A stretch of DNA of 64,000 nucleotides from Hemiscyllium ocellatum (Eukaryota). The notes under the pieces were generated by a model. It was not told the origin of the DNA and searched no databases. It saw only the letters and a list, made by a program, of their open reading frames with translations. The position numbers were made by a program, and so were the translations under genes. The stretch covers positions 18,000,341 through 18,064,340 of the forward strand of contig NC_083409.1 in the NCBI RefSeq assembly GCF_020745735.1. The letters are read 5' to 3'. Shown here one piece after another: positions 47,640-60,740 of the stretch; position 1 is the stretch's first letter; the number at the start of each line of letters is the position of its first letter.

Positions 47640-49000
47640 GCCCAGGTCTTTTTTGATCTCAAGCTTTTTCTAATCCCCTCCTCTATTATACTCACTACTT
47701 GACAAACCTGTACATGACGGGATGGTTCCTCAAAAACTGGGAGAGGAATTAAGGATGCTGGTTTTGTATTGAGGTTTACCTATAACTTGACAAGTAAGAC
47801 ACGTTTCATAACACTGCACCACATCCTTATCCAATTGTGGCTCAGTAAAATACCTGCTTCTGGGTGCCTGTGTTTTCCAAATCCCCATGTGACCTGCCAT
47901 GGGAGTCTCATGTGCCCCTTGTACTATCTCCCTATGATAGCTGGGTGGGACCACTAGGCAATGTCTAACCGACCATTCTTCTGGGGGTCTATGAGGGAGT
48001 CTCCACTTCTGCATCAGCGCTCCATTCTGAACACAATAACACTCTGAAACTCCTTCAGCCTTGACCTCAGTATGAGCTGACTGTGCTCATTTATTTCATT
48101 CAGGATCTGCTTTTTGGATCTGCTGTAATTAGTGACATCATACCAACCACTCCACCTGGATTATCTTCACCCTTTCAGAAAGTTTCAGCGATCCTTTCAC
48201 TTGCTGTAGTGTCACATCAACCCTTATTGATGGATTTTGTTTAACCACTGCCCTGGTTACCTCACACGAAGGAGAGAGACCAGGAACCTGTTCCTGTCAT
48301 TGTTCTGTTACTTGGCCCTCCTTTGGACATTCTGTAATTATCGGGGAAGATACTGCCTTTAATCCTGACAAAACATTCCCCAGAAGGAAATCGACTCCCT
48401 CAACATGGAATGTTTTCCCATTCCGACAGTTACTTCTCCTGATAACAAATCACATTCCAAGTGTACTGTATACAATGGAAGTGGACTATATTCTCCACCA
48501 ATCCCACTGATTAATACCTTAGCTCCCATCGAGCTCTCTGGAGGGAAAATCAATTCTTTCTCCAGTAAAAGTGACTGTGTTGCTCCTGTATCTCTCAGTT
48601 TGGTTCTGGGTTTAGCTGAAGAAAATGGAGTCACCATTCCTTTGGATAAAAGTCCTGTCCACCTCTCACCTACCTGACAACTTCCTTTTCTAATGACAGA
48701 ATTCACCTCCGGCGGTTTTGTTTTAGTTACAGCTGCAACCTGCTCCGTGAGATTGTTTGTCTGTGTTACCTTCTCTGACTCATTTTTACTAACTCCCATA
48801 AATCCCATGGGTTTACCGCAACTTCCAAAATTCCAAACACACTTGGCCCACCTTATTCCAAGAGAAACATTTCAGCTTCTGATCATCACTTTCACCCTCA
48901 GCAATTTCCTTCTTAATCTGAGGAGGAGTTCTCGGGCTGTTCCCTCCTGTCCATTCTCTCCCCTGGCTATCTACCTTCCTTAGACTCTCCCAATTTTATT
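47640..49000 (-). mobile_element. Degenerate Ty3/Gypsy LTR retrotransposon (gag knuckle remnant, protease, integrase Zn domain)
   Basis: ORF 48359..48808 has the LRDTGATQSLLL protease motif; ORF 47730..48014 has LVVPPSYHREIVQGAHETPMAGHMGIWKT...CLTCQVIGKP (HHCC). Confidence 0.85.
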
Positions 49001-49599
49001 TTTCTCCCATTTCTGGGCCTGGTGGGAAAAAGGTTTCTGGATCGGTCTCCCATCAGGTGACTTCTCCACCTCCTGATGCTGCTTGGCTTGTTGTGCTCTT
49101 CCCGCCTCCTGTTTGTCTACTTTGGATTCCAGCATCTGCAGGGTTTTGGTTTTAACAAAGTCTATGATCATTAGCCATTCTAGCTGCTTGTCTTACTGTC
49201 GTTCCCCTTTGGTCATCTACATGAATTCTGATTCTAGAAGGGAAGGAAGTTTTAACTTCTCAAAGGATATATTCTCTGAGAGCATTGCAAGTATTCTCAG
49301 CTGTTAATGCTCTTATCCATCTGAAAAACATTATTTTGTTAAACTCTCTTAAACTCAGTAGAGGTTTGTCCAGGTTGTTTGTGTCAGTTCTGAAACATCT
49401 GTCTGTATGTTTCTGGGGCCAACTCATATGTGCTTAGAATAGCCATTTTCACCTCCTCATGATCCTGAAAATATTCCTCTGACAGGGATGTAGAAACCTC
49501 TTGTGTTTCCCAAGTTCATTTTTGCACGGGCAAGGTCCAACCTGTTTTTCCCACCTCACTTGTGTTGCTATCTTTTGAAACAACATGAAAAATGCTTCC

Positions 49600-52020
49600 A
49601 CATCCTTCTCTTCATAGTCATAGAGTCATACAGCAAACAAACAGGCCCTTCTGTTTGCCGACATGTCGATGCCAATCAGTAATCACCAAACTCCATTTAC
49701 CTGCACTTGGTCCATAGCCTTCCATGCCCTGGCATTTTATGTGCTCATCTGGATGTTTCTTAAATGTTGTGAGAGGAGCTGCCTCCACCACCTTCTCAGG
49801 CAGCACATTCCATATTTCTACCACCCTCTAGGTAAAACAAGTCCTCAAAACCCCTCTAAATCACTTTTTCACACGGTAAGCTTATTCCCTCTGGTCATAG
49901 ACATGTCTGACATGGGGAAAAGATTCTCACAATTGACTTTGTCTATGCCTTTCATATTTTTGTATACCTCAATCAAATTTCCCCCAGAGAAAACAAACCC
50001 AGTCTATCCAGTCTCTCCTCAGAACTAACACTTTCCATCCCAAGGAACATCTCCTCTGCATCCTCTCCAGTTCAATCACGTTCTTCCAACAGTGTCACGA
50101 CCAGAACTGTGCACAATATTCCAGACATGACCTAACCAGTGCTCTGTCAGGTAACAACAAGAATTTCTACTTCCTCTATTCTATACTCTGGCTAATGATG
50201 GCAAGCATCCCATATGCCTTCTTCACCACCCTGTCTAGCTGTGCTGATACCTTCCGGGATTGATGGACTTGTACACCAAGGTACCTTTGTCCCTTTGTTC
50301 CTCATTACTCCCAAGGGACATAAGAACAAAAGAACTAGGAGCAGGAGTAGGCCATCTGGCCCTTCAACCCTGCTCTGCCATTCAATAAGATCATGGCTGA
50401 TCTTTTCATGGACTCAGCTCCACATAAGACCAGAAGACAAAGGAGTGGAAGTAAGGCCATTTGGTCCATCGAGTCCACTCCGCCATTCAATCATGGGTGA
50501 TGAGCATTTAACGACAGTTACCCACACTCTCCCTGTAGCCCTTAATTCATTCCAAGATTAAGAGTTTATCAATCTCTGCCTTGAAGCCATTTAATATTTC
50601 AGCCGCCACTGTGCTCTGTGGCAATGAATTCCAATGGCCCATCACTCTCTAGCTGAAGAAATGTCTCCTCAGTTCTGTTTTAAACTGACCCCCTCTAACT
50701 CTAAGGCTGTGCCCACGGGTCCTAGTACCCCCACCTAATGGAAATAATTTCCCAGCATCCACCCTTTCAAAGCCATGCATTATCTTGGAAGTTTCTATTA
50801 GATCTGCCCTTCTAAGCTCAAATGAATACAATCCCAGGATCCTCAGCCGTTCATCATATATTAGGCTTACCATTCCAGGGATCATCCATGTGAATCTCCA
50901 CTGGACACATTCCAGTGTCAATATGTCCTTCTTAGGAGAAAGTGAGGACTGCAGATGCTGGAGAACAGAGCTGAAAAATGTGTTGCTGGAAAAGTGCAGC
51001 AAGTCAGGCAGCATCCAAGGAGCAGGAGAATCGACGTTTCGGGCATAAGCCCTTCTTCATTCTTGCTGCGCTTTTCCAGCAACACATTTTTCTGCTCTTG
51101 AGATAAATGACAACATTACATTTGCTTTCTTAACCACAGATTCAAACTGCAAGTTAACCTTTAGAGAATCTGGGACTAGCATTCCTAGATCACTTTGTAC
51201 TTTGGCTTTAGGAATTTTCTCACCGTTTAGAAAATTGTCCACGCCTGTATTATTTTTTCTAATGTGCAAGACCTGGCATTTGCTCTCACTGTATCTCTTA
51301 ATTCCTTTAGTGTTCAAAAAAATCTGTCTGAGCTTTAAAACATTTACTGAAGTAGCATCAATTTCTTCATTGAGCAAGGAATTTCATAGATTTATGACCC
51401 TCTGGGTGAAGAAGTTCCTTCTCAATTCAGTCCTAAATCTGCTCCCCCTAATTTTGAGGCTAAACCCTCTTGTTTTAGTTTCACCTGCCAGTGGGAACAT
51501 CCTCTCTACTTCTGTCTTACCTATTCTCTTTATAATTTTATTTGTTTCTATAAGATTCCCCTCATTCTTCTAAGTTCCAATGAATATATCCCAGTCTACG
51601 CAGTCTCCCTTCATAACCAAACCCCTCAACCCCAGAATCAGCCTCGTGAACTTTCTCTGCACCCCCCCTAGTGCCAGTATAGCCTTTTTCAAGTAAGGAG
51701 ACCATTACTGCACGCAGTACTCCAGGTGTGGTCTCACCAGCACCCTGTACAGCTGCAACATAACCTTCGCGCTTTTTAAACTCAATCCCTTTAGCAATGA
51801 AGGACAAAATTCCATTTGCCATCCTAATTGCTTGTTGTACCTGTAGACCAACCCTCTGTGATTCATGCATAAGGACACTCAAGGCACATGCCTTTCGTTG
51901 TGTATATCCTTCCCTTATTAGACCTCCCAAGTTGGATCACCTCAGAGGTATCAGGATTAAATTCCATCTGCCATTGCTCTGCCCAATTTACCAGCTGACC
52001 AATATCAGACTGTAGCCTGA
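49600..52020 (-). mobile_element. Nested CR1 3' fragments with a PLE pseudo-LTR insert at ~50936-51096
   Basis: ORFs 51562..51930 (GIEFKKRE...), 50649..51014 (LYDERLRILGLYSFELRRADLIETSKIM) and 49618..49824 (WNVLPEKVVEA). Confidence 0.85.
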
Positions 52021-52024
52021 GACC

Positions 52025-52880
52025 CGGTAATCCAAGATGGCAGCAGAGTAGGACACTTCAGACCGAGTTCATCTGCTCCATCTGTTTCCTTTCCTTCTTT
52101 CTATTCTACTTCTCTTTTCCTTTCCTTTTGTGATTTTCTTTTGTCCTTCTCCCTTATTTCTTCTCCCCGGCTCAGACTCGCAGCCTCAGTCACCAGGTCT
52201 CTGACCCAGTGCAGACCTAATGATGTGGCCTCTTGGCTTGGTGTGGCAGGGTCCTGGCCTGGCGGGATACCTTCCAGAGCTGAAAAATGTGTTGCTGGAA
52301 AAGCGCAGCAGGTCAAACAGCATCCAAGGAGCAGGAGAGTCGACGTTTCAGGGATACCTTCCAGCCCAACGAGCCAGACTCTTGGTCCAACATGATGGCC
52401 TCTCAGTTCGATGTGGTGGCCTCTCAGCCCAGCATGCTAGACTGTCAGCCCAGCGTGATGGTCACTCGGCTTGGTGTAGCGATCTCTGAGTGGCCCAGAG
52501 TGGTTGTCTCTCAGCCCACATAGTGGTCTTTTCTGTATATGGTGGTCTCTCCACCCGGGAAGGCCTCAGCGTGGACTTCCGGTCTTGAGATGATGACTTA
52601 AAGTATGATCCAATGGTAGCTAAGTTCTTTCGAAAGGCTCTAAACTTGCACTTTCAGCTTTATTTCTTCATTTTCTACTTAAAACTAAAAAGATCTGCAA
52701 CGTGTAACTTTGAATGTTATTCTTTCTTTCTACCTTGTTCTTAACGATTCTGTACTGAGGTCCTTGTACCTAAGATGGCACCTTGTGAGGTGACGTTACA
52801 TACTTTTCACTGTACTCCAATACTTTTGCACTCAAATACATGTGACAATAAACTAAAATAAAAATCAAATCAATATCAAT
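52025..52880 (+). mobile_element. Non-coding retroposon-like element with short internal repeats and an RTE-like tail
   Basis: Begins CCAAGATGGC, has a pyrimidine tract and repeated GGCCTCTCAGCCCA-like units, and ends CATGTGACAATAAA...ATCAAATCAA. No ORF. Family assignment is uncertain. Confidence 0.45.
52278..52350 (-). mobile_element. 73-bp PLE pseudo-LTR insertion with a perfect 14-bp TSD
   Basis: GGGATACCTTCCAG at 52264-52277 and 52351-52364. Confidence 0.9.
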
Positions 52881-53079
52881 AACACCACCAATTTATGTGG
52901 CCTCTTAAAACTTTCTAATTGTACAATCACAGTCAATTTGTTAATGTGCATTACAACAGCAAGGGTCCCAGCCCCATTCCCTATCTTACACCACTGGTCA
53001 CAGGCTTCCAATCACAAAGACAACCGTCCACCATCACTCTTTGCCTCATATTTGGATCCAATTTGCCAAAATGCCTTGG

Positions 53080-55160
53080 ATCCCATGGACTCTGACCATA
53101 ACTCCAGGAAAGGCAAGAGAGGTAGGCAAGTAGTGCAGGAGTCTTCTGTGGTTATTCCCATTTCAAACAAGTATGCTGTTTTGGAAAATGTAAGGGGTGA
53201 TAGAAACTCAGGGGTACTTAGCATGAGCAGCCAAGTTTCTGGTATTGACACTGGCTCTAGCGTAATGAGAGGTACGTCGGGTTCCAAACAATTGACTGTG
53301 TTAGGGGACTCTCTAGCCCGAGGTACAGACAGACGTTTCTATGGCCAGCAGTGAAAAATCAGAATGGTGTGTTGCTTCCCTGGTGCCAGGATCAAGGATG
53401 TCTCAGGGAGGGTGCAGAATGTTCTTAAGGTGGAGAGGGACCAGCAGGAGGTCATTGTACACTTTGGAACCAACGACATAGGAAGGGAAAAAGTTGAGAT
53501 TCTGAAGGGAGATTGCAGAGAGTTAGGCAGGAATTTAAAAAGGAGGTATTCAAGACTAGGAATATCTGAATTACTCCTGGTGCTATGAGCTAGTGAGGGC
53601 AGGAATAGGAGGATAGAGCAGATGAATGCATGGCTAAGGAGCTGGTGTATAGGAGAAGGATTCACATTTTTGGATCTTTGGAAGCTGTCTTGAGGTAGAA
53701 GTAACCTGTACAAGAAGGACAGATTGCACCTAAATTGGAAGGGGACTAATATACTGGAAGGGAGATTTGCTAGAGCTGCTCGGGAGTATTTAAACTAGTA
53801 AGGTGGGTGGGTGGGACCCAGGGAGATAGTGAAGAAAGATTTCAACCTGAGATTGGTAAAGTTGAGAACAAAGGCAGGTCAAACAATCAGGGCAGGCGGG
53901 GACAAAGCAATGAACAAGGTAAGACTGATAAATTAAACTGCATTTATTTCACTGCAAGAGGCCTAACAGGGAAGGAAGATGAACATAGGGCGTGGTTCGG
54001 AACATGGGATTGGGATATCACAGCAATTACAGAAACATGGCTCAGGGATGGACAGGACTGGCTGTTTAATGTTCTAGGATACAAATGCTACAGGAAGGAC
54101 AGAAAGGGAGGCACAAGAGGAGGGAGAGTGGCATTTTTGATAAGGGATAGCATTACAGCTGTACTTCGGGAGGATATTCCCAGAAATACATCCAGGGAAG
54201 TTTAGATTTTAGATTAGATTAGTTACAGTGTGGAAACAGGCCCTTCGGCCCAACAAGTCCACACCGACCCGCCGAAGCGCAACCCACCCATACCCCTACA
54301 TTTACCCCTTATCTAACAATACGGACAATTTAGCATGGCCAATTCACCTGACTCGCACATCTTTGGACTGTGGGAGGAAACCGGAGTACCAGGAGGAAAC
54401 CCACGCAGACACGGCGAGAACGTGCAAACTCCACACAGTCTGTCGCCTGAGTCGGGAATTGAACCCGGGTCTCTGGCGCTGTGAGGCAGCAGTGCTAACC
54501 ACTGGAAAGTAGAGTCATAGTTAGATAGGATAATGAAGAAGACATTTGGTATGCTCTCCTTTATTGTTTAGAGTATTGAGTACAGATGTTGCGAGGTCAC
54601 CTAAACCACTTTTGAAGTATTGTGTTCAATTCTGGTCTCCTTCCTATCAGAAAGATGTTGTGAAACTTGAAAGGGTTCAGAAAAGATTTACAAGGATGTT
54701 ACCAGGATGGGAGGATTTAAGCTATAGGGGAGAGGTTAAATAGGCTGGGGATGTTTTCCCTGGAGTGAGGGGTGACCTTACAGAGGTCCCTGCTGAGGGG
54801 TGACCTCACAGAGGTTTACAAAAGAGACCAAGTCTTTTCCCTGGGGTGGTGGAGTCCAGTAATAGAGGGCATGGGTTTAGGGTACGAGGGGAAAGATATA
54901 AAAGAGACTTGGAGAGCAACATTTTCACGCACAAGGTGGTGCGAGTGTGGAATGGGCTGTCAGAGGAAGTGGTGGAGGCTGGTACAATTGCAACATTTAA
55001 AAGGCATCTGGATGGGTATATGAATTGGAAGGGTTTGGAGGGATCTGGGCCAGGTGTTGGCAGGTGGGACTAGATTGGGTTGGGATGTCTGGTCGGCATG
55101 GACAAGTTGGACCGAAGGGTCCGTTTCCATTCTGTACATCTCTATGACTCTAGGAGGAGG
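53080..55160 (+). mobile_element. CR1 (ORF1 SGNH-like region, APE, 3' end) with an HE1 SINE at ~54203-54503 (-)
   Basis: VIPISNKYAVLE...VLGDSLARGTDRRFYG; MVCCFPGARIKDVSGRVQNVLK; CIYFTARGL...AITETWL. Confidence 0.9.
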
Positions 55161-55228
55161 CTGTTCAGCCCTTAGTGTCAGTACTAGCTGTTTACTAACC
55201 TCACTCACAATGAACATCTCCGTTGAAT

Positions 55229-55666
55229 TCTGGATTAGTTGTGCTGGAAGAGCACAGCAGTTCAGGCAGCATCTGAGGAGCAGCGAAACCGACGCTTCAG
55301 GCAAAAAGCACTTCATCAGGAATAAAGGCAGTGAGCCTGAAGCATGGAGAGATAAGCAAGAGGAGGGTGAGGGTGGGGAGAAAGTAGCATCGAGCACCAG
55401 CAAATGTGACTGTGGTAGCGAGTTTGTTTCACGACATGGTTGAAGAGCTTCAGGGCAGAGGAAATGACCTGGGAGTTGCAGTGGGAGAGGGACTCCTTGA
55501 GATTCTTGGAGAGAGAAGCGCTTCAGGCTCACTGCCTTTATTCCTGATGAAGGGCTTTTGCCCAAAACGTCGGTTTCGCTGCTCCTCGGATGCTGCCTGA
55601 ACTGCTGTGCTCTTCCAGCACAACTAATCCAGAATCTGGTTTCCAGCATCTGCAGTCATTGTTTAT
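55229..55666. mobile_element. PLE fold-back with two degenerate hammerhead cores and a 13-bp TSD
   Basis: Arms ~55226-55340 and ~55522-55637; ATCTCC(G/A)TTGAAT at 55216-55228 and 55667-55679. Confidence 0.85.
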
Positions 55667-56199
55667 ATCTCCATTGAATGTCTATTGTTGGGAAGTAATT
55701 GAATCTGGTTTTAGACACAGAATGTCTGACAATTATGAACCGATCAGAGTAAGTCAGCATGGATTTAAAAAGGGTCAGAATCTTTAACTAACCTGGTTAC
55801 ATGTATTAACGAGGTCACTAATGTGTGAGGTAAGGGAATGTGTTGTTCATATGGACGTCAAGATGACATTCAAGGAAGTTCCACACAAGTGTTATAATGT
55901 TATAGTTGGGACAAAGAGATGACAGATAAACATATTCTGGATCTTTCTGCACAAATGAATTCTCAAATAAATCTCAGACATGTTGGTGAACTTGGGGTTT
56001 TATCAGAGGAAGGTGCTGAAGAAAGTCAGTTGTTGGAGGAAAATCGTTCTCGGAAAAGTAGAGTGTCTTAAATTAGCAGGGCCAAATAATCTATTTTCAG
56101 GAGTGCTTCAGGAAATGGTTGTAAAATATGAGAAACATTGATGGTTATCTGTTTGTTGACTGTGGAATAGGTCCTACAAAATGGAGGGAGTTAATTTAA

Positions 56200-59100
56200 C
56201 ACGTCTATTGAAAAAGAGAGAGAGAGAGAGGGAAAATAAGAAATTTTAGACCAATGAGCCAGAAGTCAGCAGTGAAGAAAATGCTCAAGTTCATTATAAA
56301 ATATTTTATAGCTTAGCACTTTGAAAACAGTGGCAGAACTGGAAAGAGTCAGCATGGATTTTCGAAAGGGAAATCATGCTTAAAAAATCGACTGGAATTG
56401 TTTGAGGATGTAGTGAGTATATTTGATAAGAGGGGGCCCATAGATATGGTTTGTTTGGACTTTGTAAAGGGAGTAGATCGGTGATTCTGTGGTCAAAAAC
56501 AAGACTCACGAATAGCATGTTGCCTCCCAGTTGTACGGGTCAGGGATGTCTCAGATCGGCTGCAGGACATTCTGAAGGGGGAGGTGAACAGCTAGCTGTG
56601 ATGGTGCATGAAGGGACTGATGATATCGGTAATAAATAGAATGAGGTCCGACAAGTAGAATTTAGGGAGTTAGGAACCATATTAAAATGTAGGATCTCAG
56701 AGGTAGTAATCTCAGGATTGCTCCCAGTGCCATGTGCTAGTCAGAGTCGAAATGAAAATATAGGCAGGATGAATGCGTGGCTTGCGAGATGGTGCAGGAG
56801 GGAGGGGTTCAGATTTTTGGGACATTGGGACTGGTTCCTGGGGAGGTGGGACAATTACAAATCGAGCCGTCTACACCTGGGCAGGACTGGAACCAATGTC
56901 CTGTGGGATGTGTTTGATCACACTCTTGGGGAGGGTTCAAAATAGTGTAGCAGAGGGATGGGAACCAAATGAGGAGGTTAGTTGGCAATAAGGAGGGAGT
57001 AACTAAAGCCTGTCAGGAACTAGATATTGAAGTCAGCGTGACTAAGATTAAGAGTAGGTAGGGAGCAGATGATGAACGCAAAGGGACAGATGGTCTGAGG
57101 TGCATTTGTTTTAATGTGAGAAGTGTAGTAGGTAAGGCAGATGAATTTAGGGCTTAGATTAGGGCTGGGAATATGATGTTATTGCTATTACTGAGATGTG
57201 GTTGAGGGAAGGGCAAGATTGGCAACTAAACATCCCAAGGATACAGATGTATCAGATGGGTTCGAGAGGGAGGTAAAAGGGATGGAGGAGTTACATTACA
57301 GGTCAGAGAGGATATCACAGGTGTGCTGAAGGAGGGCACTATGGAGGACTCAAGCAGTGGGGCAATATGGGCAGAGCTCAGAAACAGGAAGGGTGCAGTA
57401 ACAATGTTGGTGCTATCCTACAAGCCTCCTAACAGTGAACGTGAGAGAGAGGTACAAATATGTAATCAGATTATGGAAAGATGTAGGAGTAACAAGGTTG
57501 TGATGATGGAAGATTTTAATTTTCCCAACATTAACTGGGATTCACTTCATGTTAGCAGTTAAGATGGAGCAGAATTGGTAAGGAGCATCCAGGAGGATTT
57601 TACAGAGTAATGTGGAAATAGTCTAACTCAGGGTGTTAGGGAATGAGCCCGGTCAGGTGGTTGAAATTCCAGTAGGGGATTACCTTACGAAGAGTGATCA
57701 CGATTCCGTAAGTTTTAGAATGCTCATGGACAAAGATGAGATTGGTCCTAAAGGAAGAGGGCTAAAGTGGAGGAAGACCAACTATCGCAAAATTTGGCAG
57801 AAGTTGGGGAATGTCGATTGGGAGTAGCTGTTTAACGGGAAATCCACTAGAGTCAGGACAGATATGTCCCTGTGAAAATAAGGGATTGACATGGCAGAAT
57901 TAGGGAATGCTGGATGACAGATAAAATTGTGAGACTAGCTACGAGGAAAAAGGATGCATACATAAGGTCTAGGAGGTTGAAAATAGACAAAGCTTTTGAA
58001 GAATATTGGGAAAGTCGGGCCGATCTGAAATGAGGAATTAGAAGGGCTAAAAAGGGTCACGAAATATCATTAGCAAACAGGATTAAGGAAAATTCCAAAT
58101 TCTTTTATTCATATATAAAGAGCAAGTGTGTGACTAGAGAAAGAGTTGGTCCACTCAAGGACAAAGGAGGAATGTTATGTGTGGAGTCAGAGAAAATGGG
58201 TGAGATTCTTAATGAGTGTTTTACGTCGGTATTCACCAAGGAGAGGGAAATGACAGTTGTTGAAGTTGGGGATAGATGTTTGATTACTCAGGGTCAAGTC
58301 AGTTTAAGGAGGGAGGAAGTGTTGGGTATTTTAAAAGGCATCAAGGTGCACAAATCCCCAGGTCAGGATGGGATCGAACGCAGGTTAGTGAGGGGAGCAA
58401 GAGAGGAAATAATTGGGTTCTTAATCGATACCTTCGTAGCAACCTTGAACATGGATGAGGTCCCAGAGGAGTGGAGAATTGCTAATGTTTAAGAAGGGTA
58501 GCCAGGATAATCCAGGTAACTATCAACCAGTGAGAGCCTGATGTAGTGGTAGGGAAGCTGCTGGAGAAGATACTGAGGGATAAGATCTATTTACATTTGG
58601 AGGAAAATTGACTTATCAGTTATAGGCAGCATGATTTTTGGCAGGGAATGCCATGTCTTACCAACTTTATAGACGTTTTTGAAGAAGTGATGAAGTTGAT
58701 TGATGAGGGAAGGGCTGTGGATGTCATACATATGGATTTTGGGAATGTGTTTGATAAAGTTTCCCATGGCAGCCTGATGGAGAAATTAAAGTCGCATGGG
58801 GTCCAGAATGTACTCACTAGATGGATAGAGAACAGGCTGGGCAACAGAAGACAGACAGTAGTAGTGGAAGGAGTTTCTCAAAATGGAGAACAGGAATCCG
58901 TGCTGGTACCGCTCTTGTTTTTGATATACATAAATGATCTGGAGGAAGGTATAGGTGGTCTGATTAACAAGTTTGCAGATGAGGTTCCCCAAGATTGCCT
59001 GGTATGGAGGGCACTAGCTATGAAGAGAAATTGAGTAGATGAGGATTATTTTCATTAGAAAGTTGAACATTGAGGGTGGACCTGATTGACATCGACAAAA

Positions 59101-60740
59101 TCATGAGAGGTGTAGACAGGGTGGATAGCAAGAAACTTTTTCCCAGAGTGAGGGACTCAATTATTCTGGGTCATGAGTTCAAAGTGAGAGTGGAAACATT
59201 TAAAGGAGATATGTATGGAAAGTTCTTCACACAGAGAGTGATTGGTCCTGGAACACGTTGCCAGTGGAGGTGGTAGAGGCAGGCACAATAGCATCATGTA
59301 AGATATACCTAGATAGATACATGGATGGGCAGGGAGCAAAGGGAGACAGACCCTTGTAAAATTGATGACAGGTTTAGATGGAGGATATGGACCAGCGCAG
59401 GCTAGTCAGGCTGAAGGGTCAGTTCTTGTGCTGTAATTTTCATTGTTCTTTGATCTTTAAACTGAGGAATCTCTAAGGAACAGCGTGATCTTGGGTGCTT
59501 GTCCACTGATCGCTGAATATGGCAAGACAGGTTAACAGAGCAGTTATAAAGGCATAGGGGACACTTGCCTTTGTCATGTCAGGTATTGGTTATAAAAGCA
59601 GGAGGATATGTTGCAGTTAAGCAGAACATTGGTTAGGCCACAGCTGGAGTACTGTGTGCAGTTCAGGTCACCACACTGTAGGAAGGATGTGATTGCACTG
59701 GTTGGGGTGCAGAGGGGAATCACCAGGATGTTGTGTGGGATGGAACCTCTCAGTGATGAAGAGAAATTGGATCAGCTCGGTATGTTTTCTTCAGAGCAGA
59801 GAAGGTGGAGGGGGGCCCTGATAGAGGTGTATAAGGTTATGAGGGGAATGGACAGGGAGGAGAGAAAGCAGCTGTTCTCCTTCATGGGAGGGTCAATGAC
59901 AAGTTGGCTCACATTCAATGTGAAAGATCGGAGGTTTCAAGACGTTTTGAGGAAAATGTTTTTCATTCAGAGGCTGGTGTGCATCTGGAATGCACAGCCT
60001 GGGAGGGGAGTTGAGGTGGGAAACCTCACAAACTTTGAAATGCATTTGGGTGAGCAGTTGAAATGTCATAACATTCAAGCTGTGGGCCTCATGTTGGAAA
60101 GTGGGACTGGTGTAGGTTTAGTGTAGTGTGGCTGGTACACAGTTAATGGGCTGAAGGGCCTCCTCTGTACTGTGTGATTTTATGATTCTGTCGTGGGTAG
60201 TTTCGGGCTCCTTATCTGAGGAAGGATGTTCTGGCTGTGGAGGGAGGGCAGCAAAGGTTTACCAGACTGATTCCTGGGAGGACAGCACTTACATCTGATG
60301 AGAAAATGGATCAGTTGGGATTATATTTATTGGCGCTTAGAAGATTGAAAGGAACCATATTGTAACCTTGAAAATCCGAACAGGACAAGACTAGAACAAC
60401 ACAGGGAGGATGTTCCTGATGACTGGGGAATCCAGAACTACGAATTATGGTTTAAAGAAAAGGGAAAGGTTATTTCAGACTGAGCTGAGGAGACATTTCT
60501 TCAGCCAGAGACTGGGAAGCCCGTGGAATATTCTGTCACAGAAAGCAGTTGAGCCCAAAACATTCAATATTTTCAAGAGAGAATAAGTATATTCTTAGGA
60601 CTAAAGAGGTTAAATTTTATGGAGAAAAAATGGGAGCAGGGGACTAAGTTGGATGAAAAGCCATGGCCATATTGAATGGCAGAGCCAACTCGAAGGGCTG
60701 AATGGCTTCCTCTTGCTCCTAGTTCCTTTGTTTCTATGTT
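56200..60740 (+). mobile_element. Stacked CR1 elements (one near full length ~56480-59460, then two 3' ends)
   Basis: SGNH-like ORF1 (GRMNAWLARWCRREGFRFLGHWD), APE (YKPPN...EDFNFPNINWD), RT (CLTNFIDVFEEV...VDVIHMDFGNVFDKVSH) and QLSRTLVRPQLEYCVQF. Confidence 0.88.
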
